Assembly (NCBI GenBank): GCA_043228905.1
Contig: JBHGNT010000004.1
Location: 3,844,001 to 3,908,000 of the forward strand
DNA from: Azolla caroliniana
Taxonomy: Eukaryota > Plantae > Polypodiophyta
Direction of reading: 5' to 3'
DNA length: 64,000 bases
Below are positions 24,734-37,077 of the stretch, in pieces. The position numbers were made by a program, and so were the translations under genes. Under the pieces are notes generated by a model. It was not told the DNA's origin. It searched no databases and saw only the letters and a program-made list of their open reading frames with translations. The number at the start of each line of letters is the position of its first letter. Positions within the stretch are counted from its first letter, which is position 1.

Positions 24734-27700
24734 TTATCCCCCTTTTTCCATGACGAATTGTACGAGTTGGAAGACAAGAGTTTGGACTTGGTTTATGGGG
24801 ATATTGGTTGTGAAATGCAACAACCATGTAGGAGGCAGTAGCAAGATGCTCGGTAGGCTCCCATGTTCGATCATTAGGTGTATAAATAACCTAACCAAAT
24901 GACCAAATAATATAGTTTCTTGCGGATGATCTTGGAGTCGAGAATGACAACAACCTCATATTCAGGGCCATTGGAAACTTCAATTGGAGGTGGGGGAGGT
25001 GTAAGACAACCCGGAATTGAGCTTGTTGTGTAGGGCTCCAAAAGTGAAACATGGAAGACCGGGTGAAGACGCATATGAGGAGGAAGATCAAGATGAAATG
25101 TCACATCATTGATCTTACCAAAGATCACATATGGGTTGAAACATTGATAATCCAATTTGTAGCAAGGTCAGGTGGTTTTGATGCTACCTTGTAAGAGCCA
25201 TACATGATCGCCTACTTGAAACGTAGCCGATGAATCACACCGATGACGGTTAACGATCTTCTTTTGAGTGTTTTGGGCAAAACTTAAATTATGCAAAAGT
25301 ATATCCTGAACTTCTTGGAGTCTGGTGAGCCGATCTTTAACAGCTAGGTTTTTTAGGAGTTCGGGATGTTCAAGCATTGTCCAACGAGGATGGTACCCAA
25401 TGTTCGCAAAAAATGGGGAATATCCAGTAGAAGAATGTTCGGAGTTGTTGTAAGCAAATTCCGCCAAATGTAATAGATCCACCCAACCATCTTGTTGATA
25501 GTTGACAAAACAACATAGATATTGGTCGACAAATTGGTTGGTGGGCTCACTCTACCCATTAGGCTCTGGATGGTAGCCGGAAAGAGTTTGAACATGTGCC
25601 ACCAAAATTTCGAGATGAATTGGGGACCCCGATCACTGATAATATCATCTGGAAGACCATGATGGCGAAACACCTCCTGCATGAGTAAATCGTCTGTCTC
25701 TTGACTAGTAATGGTCTTCATGCATGGAAGGAAATGTGCCATCTTCGTAAAATGATCGACTACCGTGAGAATAGAATCAAATCCCTTGGAAGGTGGAAGA
25801 TCCGTAATAAAGTCCAAGGAAATAGATTTCTATGGGCTCTCGGGAATAGGAATTGGCTGTAATAAGCCATATGGATGATGTCGAGGGTTTTTTGATCGGC
25901 AACATGTATCGCAACTACGAACATAATCCATAACAAAATGGTGAAGCTGTGGTCACCAATATCGGCGAGAAATCAACTCAAAAGTCTTGTGGATGCTGAA
26001 ATGTCCAGCCATTGGTGTGTCATGACATTGTTGCACGACTTTGAGTCGCGAAGGACCGTCAGGCACATACAAGAGAGTTTGTCAAAAAAATAAACCATCA
26101 TGCCAACTGAACTGGGTGTAGTCTAAACGAGGATTTTGAGATTGGAAGCTTGATGCACGATCTGGGATAATATGGCTCAAAACCTCTTGGGCGAATGCAT
26201 CGGTCACAATATGCTTCCGAATGGAATCAAGAAGCCTTGAATCTCCTGGTGTGTTGATAGTATGCATTGCCATTAATCGTAGACGATCAGGACCTAAGAG
26301 GATTTGCTTTTGACTTTCAAATGCGGCCTCTCTTGGTTGAAGTTCCATATACGAACGTCAAGATAAAGCAACTGCTTTTCCTTGTTGCATCCCAAGGCAA
26401 TATAGAATTATGAAATCAAAACGAGTTAAGAATTGTGCCCAACGAGCTTGTCAACGATTCAAGACTCGAGCACTTTGGAAGTATGTTAGATTTTTGTGAT
26501 CATTGTAGACAATAATATGTTGAGAAGAGCCCTCCAAAAAAAGATGCCATTGTTGAAAAGAATCCACAATGGCAAGAAGCTCTTTGTCGTCAATCTCATA
26601 TTTGATTTCTGTGGCTTCAAATTTCCATGAATGAAAAGCCACAAGGTGCAGTTCGCCATCTTCGCCAATATTGGATAGTACGCTTCCGAGTGCGAAATCA
26701 GATGCATCAGCTTCAAGTATAAAGCGCCTCATTGGATCGACATGCATTAAAATTGGTGCAGATGTAAACGATTGCGTTAAACTCTCAAATGTAGAGTTCA
26801 CATCTATACTCCATACAAATGGTCGATTCTTTTGCGTCAATTGAGTGAGGGGCAATACAATCTTTGAATAATCTTTGACGAACTTGCGATAAAAGTTTGC
26901 GAACCCCAAAAAACATTGTACATCTCACACAGACGGTGGTGTTTGCCAATCCAAAATTGTTTGAACCTTTGATGGATCCATAGAGATGCCATTTGAAGAG
27001 ACTATGTACCCCAAAAAATCCACTTGACACTGATCAAAACTACACTTCTCCAATTTTGCATAGAGACCATATTCTCGCAACCGCTGCAAAAACTTCGCGA
27101 ACGTGTATCTCATGCTCCTCTTGAGTTTTTGAGTAGATCAAGATATGATCCAAGTAAACTATGATGAAGATATCGAGGAAGTCTCGAAAAATGTCATTCG
27201 CCATATGTTGGAAAACTGTCGGTGCATTCGTGAGACCGAATGGCATCACTGTATACTCAAAATGACCATAGCGAGTGCAGAACGCAGTCTTCTATTCATC
27301 CCCTGGACGAATTCGAACAAAGTTGTAGGCACCTCGAAGATCTAACTTTGTGAAATAGTTTGCTCCGTTGAGGCGTTCCAGGAGGCTTGAGATCAATGGT
27401 AGAGCATATTAGTTTCGAATAGTCACTTTATTCAAGCCCCGATAATCCACGACCATATGAAGCGTCCCATCTTTTTCCTTAATGAAAAAGATGGGTGCAC
27501 CAGTAGGAGATCGTGAATGTTAGATAAAACCATTTGCCAGGTTCTCATCGATATATTCTCGAAGAACCTCTAACTCCGTGGGTGAAAGGTTATAAATTGG
27601 CCCCCATGGAGGCTCTTTTCCTAGTTGCAAATCAATCGGACAATCATATGGTCGATGCTCTGGTAGTCTATTCGCCTTCACCTTATCGAACACATCGGAG

Positions 27701-29554
27701 AATTCTATGTACTTCTTTGGTAGTTGGACCCCCAATTCTTGTGAGCTATATGAGGGAGTTGCTAAAACCACGAACACCAACATGTATTCCTTCCTTCCAT
27801 TCTCACGTAACTAATGTATAGACATTGTTGAAATCGTGTGAGATCTTAGATCCTTTGTTGGAGTTTCAAGAGACTCGGACTGTACCATGACCTCTTTAAT
27901 ATTTATTTTACTCCAATCAATAGTTGGGTTATGTAACTCAAACCAAGGAAGACCAAGAACTAGAGAGTGCTCTGGACTACTAATGATGTTGAATGAGATG
28001 ACACTAGCCAAATTACCTAGGACTACACGAATTGGTTCAGACTCTTCGACTATATCACCTGATGCGATAGGGCAACCATCGATGACTCCTACAACTACTG
28101 GGTTTGGGAGCTTATTCAAGAGGATGTTTTGGGTCAATGCAAACTCGCGATCCATGAAACAATAATTGGCTCTAGAATCAAGGAGGGGCAGAGGCTAGGA
28201 CTACATGACCTATAGATGTGCTAAGCTCGACTTGTGCAGAAAAAACTCTACTAACTTGATTTGATGAAATGGAACCACAACTAGGTACTAACTCTACATA
28301 TCTAGGATGGTCCAACCAAATGGCTCCTATTTTAGACGGACTTATTCGTTTAACACATCCTCTAATTGGCTCAAGACATCAAATCTATTATCATGTTATG
28401 GGCTATTAGGCTTAGTACTTAAGTTATTAGAAGTGATAGTAGAACTCGAGGTAGGGTTGTCATGTGCACTTACTTGGTAAACTTGACGTCTGGGTTTATG
28501 TGGACAATTCACGGCTATATGTCCTAGACCACCACAATAGAGGCCTAGGCAATGCGACCGACGTCGTTGTTTCTCAGCATTTGGTAAGGGCCCTCGACAT
28601 TGTGTTGTCTCTATCTCCATCGGAGTGGGACCATCCCTCGTAACGGGTCTGGGAACTTGTGGCGGTGTTGCGATTATTGAAGCGTACGTTTGTTCCAGTT
28701 GGCGGCGTAACATTTGTTGATGTTCAAAACGTTGCTCAAATAGATTATTATCACATCGCACAACTCGACTAATGAGCTCTGTAAGAGACTTCGGATCTTC
28801 GTGGAAAGTAAGAAGAAGATCTTTGACATCGTTACACAAACCCTGACGGAATTGATCCATTAAGGCTGCCTCATCCCAAGGGATGTCGCATGCCAAGAGA
28901 CGGAAATCTGCTGCGTAGGCCGAAGTGGGACAATCTCCTTGTCGGAGTCTTCGAATCTTGTTTATTGTCATCCTAGTGCTATCGATGTCTCTAAACCTAG
29001 CTTGAAACTCCTTAAGGAATGCCTCGAAATCCTACAACAATGGTGATTTCTTCTCGAGACGTGGTGCAAACCATGCTAATGTTGTACCACTTAGCAAGGT
29101 TCCTACTAATCCCACAAGAGCAGCATCAGTTGGGTACCGATTGGGATGTAACTGAATCACTAAATGGACTTGATTCAGGAAACCTCGAAACAAAGATCGG
29201 ATACCATCAAACTTGGCGGGGAGGCTAATCTTTGGTTCCCTTGGGGAGTTTTGAACCCCCGCCGCTTGTTCGCGTAATGTTAATATAATAGCCTCCAGTT
29301 GATGAACTCGTTGTGATAGCTCCTCATATTGATGAGCTTTCTCGGTACTCACTTGTTGTAGATCCCTGAGTAGCCTTTGATTTTCTTGCTCTAATGCCAC
29401 AAACTTAGTCATGAGCATGTCGAGCTTAGAAAGGACACGCATATACTCTTGCTTGCTAACAAACTCCATAATTGAGGGGGGAAAAGAAAGAAGGAAAAAG
29501 AAGAAAGCTTGCTAGGGTTATTGGAAAAGGAAAAAGAAAGAATTCGGTTCAAAC

Positions 29555-29568
29555 TATCGTGACTCGTG

Positions 29569-29614
<46 letters not shown>

Positions 29615-29983
29615 AACTTGAAATGGAAATGAGATTATATTATGAGTAAACAAGATTACAAAGAGTAGGCTAAGGGCTAAAGACCGGTGTTGAACTGAAT
29701 TAGTTGTGATAAATGAATGTACACTTATTTATAGATCCTTATGGAGTATTCTAGAATGTTCTAGAATATTTTAGATATTTATGATAATAAATATAATCAT
29801 GAAATATTCAAGGATGTTCTAGAATAATCTAGAATGTTCTAGAATATTCTAAATATCTCGTAATAACTAAAAATATAATTATTATAATTACACATCATCT
29901 AGGTTATTACAATGGTTAAGGGTTGAACACATAGACCAAGAAGTTGTGGGTTCGATTCCTGGTTAATATACGTCTTCATGACA
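29555..29983 (-). repeat. 5' LTR of element 1
   Basis: Sense start TGTCATGA; TATAAAT at 29733-29727. Confidence 0.92.
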
Positions 29984-30499
29984 CTAATAGGATGATATTC
30001 TTAGAAATTTGGAAGGAGATAAAAAAAAGTGAGAAGAAAAATAGTAGATAAAGGAAAGATTACTATGACTATTAACAATTGAAATTCATGTTTGTTCGTT
30101 GATGTGTGGTTATAGTTACAATATAAGGAGTTTGTATTCTCATCATAATAGTAAATTGTAATGTCCTTATCTCCTCTCATCTTCTCTCCTCTTTTATTTT
30201 CTCTATCACTCTTCATCATTTTAGAACTCCAGGGAGGGCCGATACTTTTCGCATCTTTAGAAGGTCTTATTTTTCGTCAATATGACTTTTCAATTTTCTT
30301 TTGTAAGTGATGGGATCAAAGATGTTGGACCTTTCTCGGTTGCCTTTGAACATCATGCAATATGAATATGGAAGGTGATGAATATCGAGAAACTTCCTCT
30401 AAAGGTGGTCTCTTTTTATAAACAAGAAAGGAATTAGTATGAGTTCTTGCAACCTAATTGACAAGTAAATTAGCAACTATTGATGCAAAAACTTAAAGC

Positions 30500-31183
30500 A
30501 AAGTATATTCAAGCCACAATGTAATGGAAGTAAGGAAGGTACTCTTTCACTTACAAATGCCGACACCAATAGAGATACCAATTATGGGAGGAGTTTATCG
30601 ACCTCTAGACTACGTGGATTCAATTACGTGATGGACCAGAGGATGAATGATTTAAGATGGACCGTTTCAAAACAAGATTAAGTAGACCTACACTTTGCAT
30701 TGGAGGCAAATCTAAACAAGGACTTGTGCAAACTTGTAATGATTACAAGCAAGCGTAGATTCGACGGTTGCAATAATTGGAGGTATTAAATCTAATTGCT
30801 TTGTTGTTCTTTAACAATAATCAAGTGTGCATTGTTGGTTGGCCGACGACCAAGGTGTGAAAGGGTTGTAGGGACGAGTGCAGGTCGGAACAAAGATGGG
30901 TGGGGCCAGATACGGAGCTGAAATAGAATGTAACACATGTATTATAATTAGAGGAAGAACTATCGGTTCACATCCTAGACGTAACCGTCCATGCTCTCTA
31001 TAAAAATGGACATGAAGTCTTGTAAAAAGTTTATCAGTTGTATTGACTGGACAATCAATTAATAGAATATCAGTTTGTTATGTACTCTATGTCTGTGTCG
31101 AAGAGTTGCTAGTCGTCTACAATGTGTTATAAGTAACCAATCAGTTGTAGTTGGCTCGGTTCATAGACTCCGTAGATACTACA
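30500..31183 (+). mobile_element. 3' end of another LTR element (purine-rich tract plus LTR 30867-31183) abutting the truncated gag of element 2
   Basis: TGTAG...CTACA inverted ends, internal TATAAAA, preceded by gtgtgaaagggt; no matching TSD. Confidence 0.55.
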
Positions 31184-34100
31184 ACTTGATCGTTACGTGT
31201 GCAACAACTTGAAGCAACTATTGTGTCACTACAACAACAGGGATCAAGCACTCAAGGGACTCCCAAAGAACCCAAGATTGGTTTTCCTATGAAGTTTTAT
31301 GGAACGCGATCACAATTTAGAGGATTTCTTAATCATGTACGTTTGATGATTCAAATGCATCCTTCTCGATATCCCACTAAGTGGGACTAGTAGGCACGCT
31401 ACTTAGTGGCATAACTTTGGCATGGTTCGCCCCTTTATTAGAAAAAGGCTCTTTGTTGTTAAATAATTTTGAAGAGACTCAGTTTATTAGCGAGTTTAAA
31501 GCATGTTTTGAAGATACTGATAGCGTTAGGATGGCAATCAACAAAATCTGAAGACTGTGTCAAGGTGATCGGTTGGCCTCAGCTTATGCCGCGGATTTCC
31601 GTCTTCTCACCACCGATATTCCCTGGGATGACCAAGCATTGATGGAGCAAGTTCGCTATGGCCTACATAATGATGTCAAGGATTTACTCTTGACTTTCCC
31701 CAAGGAACCAAAGCCGCTCATAGAAGCAATCAGTCGTGCGGTACGATGCGAGCTCCATCGAATTATGCGGATTATTGCATTATAATAACTAATAATGGGT
31801 TTGATGCTCTTTTTGCGGCAAACTGTATTGCTCCATTAGTCAGAGAAAAAGCACATACCCATCCGTTGCGATTAGCTAGTCTACGTCAATTCCAGATGCC
31901 AAGGACAAGATCAGAGCCCACCTACGCCTCAGTTGTAGCATGTTGTCCACCGGAATAGTAACCGATGGACAAGAGCGTAGGAATAAGAAATAATATAAGA
32001 TCATAACGCATGTAACGGTTCATGCAGGAAGCGTGAACGGCTAAATAGACCCTACGTATATAAAGGGCAGAAAACCTCTGATAGAGGGAGCGTGTAATTT
32101 TGGGAATGTAAAGAAACGTCTCATAATAGAATTCTATCTTCTAATTTTTTGTGTATAGCTACGGCTAATCCACTGTGTGTGTCTTGAATACCTGAGCGTG
32201 GAAGAACGTATGTGTAACCCTTGCTAAGGATTCGGTTGTAGTCGTCTCCCTTATACGCTGATAGGTTACAGGGAACATTCCCCTACACATTAGGCTTAGA
32301 CACCTATTCGTTGTTCCACACCCACTTGGAGGTCTAGGTCGAAGGACTGACCGCGGACCGTGTTCCTAATCGGCAACATAGCAAAACCTTTTCGAAGAGA
32401 GTCATATAACGCGTCTCTAGCAAATACTCCAACTCTGATGGAAATCGACACCACACGTTGTCGTGGACCATTATCGAAAGAGGAAAAGCAGCGACGTTGA
32501 GGAAATCGATTGTCTTTATTGTGGTGGACCGGGGCATATTGCAGTGAACTATCCTCATAGGCCCAGAATACAGGTAAATCAAATAGCCACTAGTACTAAT
32601 AGTACTAAACCCAAGTCTATTTCATTAGGACTGTCAGATAGTCCTAATACCCAAGTCTATCAAACAAAATTGAAGTCCTTAGTCAATTAGAAGAAGAGTT
32701 AAACGACTAAGTCCAGCCAAAATAGGAGCCGTTTGGTTGGACAGTCCTAGATTTGTGCAACCATTAGTGGTTCTATTCCCTCTAAGAAAGTTAGCAATGT
32801 CTTCCTAGCTCAAGTAAAAATTAGTACTAAAAGTAATCCTCTAGTACATGTCTTAGCACTCCTATATTCCGGAGCCAATTCTTGCTTCATGGATAAGAAT
32901 TTTTCCCAAGCTCATCAAATATCCCTAAAAAAACTCCCTTGCCCAGCTTATGTAGTAGTCATTGATGGTCGCCCTATTGCTTCCGGAAATATCGTAGAAG
33001 AATCAGAGCCGATTAATGTTGTCGTAAATAATTTGGCATGTTTAGTATCATTTAATATAATTAGTAGTCCAAAGCAACCAAATGTTTTGGGGTTACCATG
33101 GTTCGAATTACACAATCCGGACGTAGATTGGAGAACAAGAGAAATTAGGTATCGACAACCTCGACGATCTACTCATAAGATTTCAATGATTTCGCTACAT
33201 CAATTGCATGAGGAAGGACGCAAGGAAGCAATGTTTGTATTCGAAGTATCAGTGAAACCTTCCAACACCACTAAGGAGGAGTCAACAATTCAACTTCCAA
33301 AGAAGTATCATCATTAAGTCGACGTTTTTGATAAGGTAAAAGCTAGTACTCTTCCTCATCATCGACCGTATGATTGTTCCATTGACTTACAACCCGGAAA
33401 AGAGCCACCGTGGGGACCAATCTATAACTTATCACCAACCGAGCTTGAAGTTCTTCGAGCCTACATAGAAGAAAATTTGGCAAACGGGTTCAATCGACAT
33501 TCAAAATCTCCAACCGACACACCTATTTTCTTTGTCAAGAGAAAAGATGGATCACTTCGTTTAGTCGTGGATTACCGTGGCTTGAATAAGGTCACCATCA
33601 GGAATAGGTATGCACTTCCCCTGATCTAGAGTCTTTTAGAAAGAATTAATGGCGCAAAGTTTTTTACAAAAATCGACTTACGAGGAGCATATAACCTCGT
33701 ACGGATTCGACCGGGAGACGAATGGAAGACAACTTTTCGCACCCGATATGGGCACTTTGAGTATACGGTTATGCCATTAGGCCTCACCAATGCACCAATG
33801 GTTTTCGAGCACATGTCAAATGATATATTCCGAGATCTTTTGGACATCTATTTGATCATCTACTTGGATGATCTACCAGTTTATTCAAAGACACAAGAGG
33901 AGCATGATTCTCATGTACTATTAGTACTAAGACGACTACGAGAACATGGTTTTTATGCAAAGCTAGAAACGTGTGGTTTTGACTGTAATTAGGTGGAATT
34001 TCTAGGCTATGTCATCTCATTGGAAGGCATCTCTATGGATCCAGCTAAAGTCCAAACTGTGTTGGAGTGGCAGACTCCACGTTCATTGCGAGATGTGCAA

Positions 34101-36656
34101 TGCTTCTTAGGATTCGCAAACTTCTATCACAAGTTTATACATGACTACTCAAAGCTTATTTTGCCACTCACACAGCTTACAAAGAAGGGGAAATCATTTG
34201 TTTGGACTAATGAAGCGGACACGATTTTTGAGGGTCTCAAGAAAGCATTTACATCAGCTCATGTTGATCCACAAAAACCATTTATAATTGAAGCAGACAC
34301 ATCCGATTTCACCCTCGGTAGTATTTTGTCACAGCAAGGTGACGATGAGAAGCTGCATCCCTTGGCTTTCCACTCACACAAATTTGATGCCGCTGAAATC
34401 AACTACGAGATACATGACAAGGAGCTCTTAGCAATAGTGGACTCTTTTGCACAATAGAGGCATTTTTTAGAAGGATCTCCTCATCAAATCACTCCATTCA
34501 GTGATCACAAGAAACTTTTCTACTTCCAGAATACTGAGTGGGCCCAATTCCTCACCCATTTTGACTTCAAGATTACATATCGTCCGGGCAAGCAACAGGG
34601 GAAGGCGAATGCATTATCACGACACTCATATCTAGCTCCTTGTCCTGGTGATCCGGCCTTCGACAATCAAAAGCAAGTAATCCTAGGTCTGGCATGACTT
34701 CAAGCAACATGGGTCTTTGACACTCCATTGGATTCCCGCATTATCGAGATACCATACATGAATATTTGAAGACATATGTTTTCGCTCAAGCTATTCTAGA
34801 TCAAATCAATCCTTCTCGGGCATCTTGTTCACGATCACAACAACCAGGTATAGATTATCAGCAATTTGAATGTCATAATGGATTACTCTTCTTTAAGAAA
34901 CTTTTGTATGTTCCCAATGGTTCGTGCCGCCTTCGAATAGTACAAAACTGTCATGACACACACAACTGGACATTTTGGTAGTACTAAAACGTTGGATTTA
35001 GTACAACGATCATTTTGGTGGCCTCATATGCGAAGATTTGTCAAAGACTATGTTCGGACATGTGATACATATTGTAGCGCAAAGATGCCGCGACATCATC
35101 CATACAGTTTGTTGGAGCCATTACCGATCCCAAGCAAACCATGGCAATCTATTTCTCTCAATTTTATCACAGATCTTCCGGACTCAAATGGCTTCAATGG
35201 CAATCTTAACAGTGGTAGATCGATATACTAAGATGGCACATTTCGTGCCCTGTACTAAAGAAATCACTAATGAAGAAACCGTTGGAATTGTTATGCGTGA
35301 ATTATTTCGGCGTTATGGTCTTCCTGACAGTATCATCAGTGATCGTGGACCGCAATTCGTCTCTAAATTTTGGAAGCATCTCTTTAAAATGCTCAAGGTC
35401 ACCTGAAATCTCTCCTCCGGCTATCATCCCCAAATAGATGGACAAGTAGAATGCACCAATCAAATATTGGAATCATATCTTCGGTGTTTCCTAAGCTATC
35501 AACAAGATGATTGGGCAGATATTCTACACTTTGCTGAATTTTCTTATAATAATTCTATCCACTCCTCTACTAGGGTTACACCATTCTACGCGGATATCAA
35601 CTATCATCCTCGTTGGTGTGTGTTAGAAACTCCTGAGTTACCTACAAATCCTAGTGCAGAGGATCATTTGGAGCGGTTATGACGAATTCAGGCAGAAATA
35701 TCTATCCGCCTACATCGCGCCCAACAAACACAGAAGGACTATGCAGATCGTCATCGACTTCCATCCTCTTTTAATATTGGAGATTGAGTATGGCTATTAC
35801 AACGCCACATCAAGACTACTCGACCGTGTGCCAAATTGGATTATCGACGATTAGGCCCTTTCCGTATTAACAGAAAAGTTAATGATGTTACTTTCACCTT
35901 GATCTACCTTCGCAACTACGGATACATCCGGTATTTCATAATTCTCTCCTAGAACCCATCAAGACAGCACTATCCCAGATCGTATTACACCACCTCCACC
36001 CCTGATCAAACTTGAAGATGAACCTTAGTACGAGGTTGCTGCCATCCTCTAATCCAAGATTGTTTGCAACAAGCTCTATTATTTGGTCAATTGGCTAGGA
36101 TATAGTCCAAGCGAGCGTACATGGGAACCAGTGACGAATTTGAAAAATGTTCGAGCTCTTCTTGAAGACTTCTATCGTCAATATTTGGACAAACCAGGTC
36201 CTCAATCAAAGATGACTCGTAACACTCGTCATTTAAAAGGAGGGGATAGTGTCATGATATGGCTCCAAAAGGATTTGAACCCATGACCTTGTTTTACATG
36301 GGTTGAACCAAAAAATATTATTTTCATTTATTATTTCACCATAGGAAATTCATATTCCATATTACTTTGGAACATTCTAGAAACTTCCGGAGTAATCTTG
36401 AGAGTACTATAAATAGAGGCACATGGCATTATTCAGAACCAATTTGGTTACTCCGCCAGTCTTAAGCCTCATAGCTACTCTTGTATCTTCTCTTCATGTA
36501 ATATACCACTTGTTATCATCATTCTCTTCTCTCTCTCTCTCTCTCTCTCCTTCTCTCGTGAGTCTCCACACACTTTTCCGCTTCTTAGTACTTACCCTCA
36601 TTCTTCCACGCTATCTTTAGTACTAATTCTCCCTGTCTCTAGTACTATCTCTGACA
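31184..36656 (+). mobile_element. 5'-truncated decayed Tcn1-like chromovirus (element 2), related to element 1, opposite orientation
   Basis: gag KEPKIGFPMKFYG and CLYCGGPGHIAVN, PR LLYSGANSCF, RT YLDDL, INT, chromodomain VNWLGYSPSERTWEP; PPT aaaaggaggggatag; 3' LTR 36250-36656 (TGTCA...TGACA). Confidence 0.92.
31941..32378 (+). mobile_element. Solo LTR inserted in the gag of element 2
   Basis: TGTTG...CAACA ends; perfect 5-bp TSD TAGCA; host gag reads TYASVVA|KPFRR across it. Confidence 0.92.
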
Positions 36657-37077
36657 ACTATGAACTTAGGAAGCTAGGATTAACCGGAGAGCATGAAGAC
36701 ATATATGAGAATCAAGGAGACAATATGGCATGAAATGAGAATACTAGATTGTGTTAATGACTGGTGTTGAATCCCCTAAAAGGAACCATGGAGGTTACAA
36801 GTATTTATACATGTTTGTGGGCTCTACATGTAGTTCCATGCATAGACCCATTTTCATGTAGAAGCTTATGGAATGTTCTAGATTTTAGAGCTTTCTGGAA
36901 GCTTCTAAAAACTCATAGAAGTTGGAATAGATAATCTATCAATAATCTATTAAGATAATATGCATAACATGACCATGTATTTGGATGTGTTTGTTAGAAC
37001 ATAACACTTGACTATATACAAGAGGTCAAGTGGTCAAAAGTTCGAACCTTGACATGACTGTTGTCATGTCCGTGACA
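36657..37077 (-). mobile_element. Partial LTR of the same family as 37645-38108, interrupted by element 2
   Basis: Shares gaactta.gaagctagga, gagcatgaagaca and tgaaatgagaatactagattg with 37645-38108; ends cgtgaca. Confidence 0.75.

Larger units (their letters stand above)
24319..29983 (-). mobile_element. Full-length decayed Ty3/gypsy chromovirus, Tcn1-like (element 1): gag-PR-RT-RH-INT-chromodomain
   Basis: LTRs 24319-24733 and 29555-29983; TSD CTTAT/CTAAT (1 mismatch); PPT tggaaaaagggggataa; gag [67 protein letters not shown], chromodomain EYEVVVILDSK; multiple stops and frameshifts. Confidence 0.95.
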
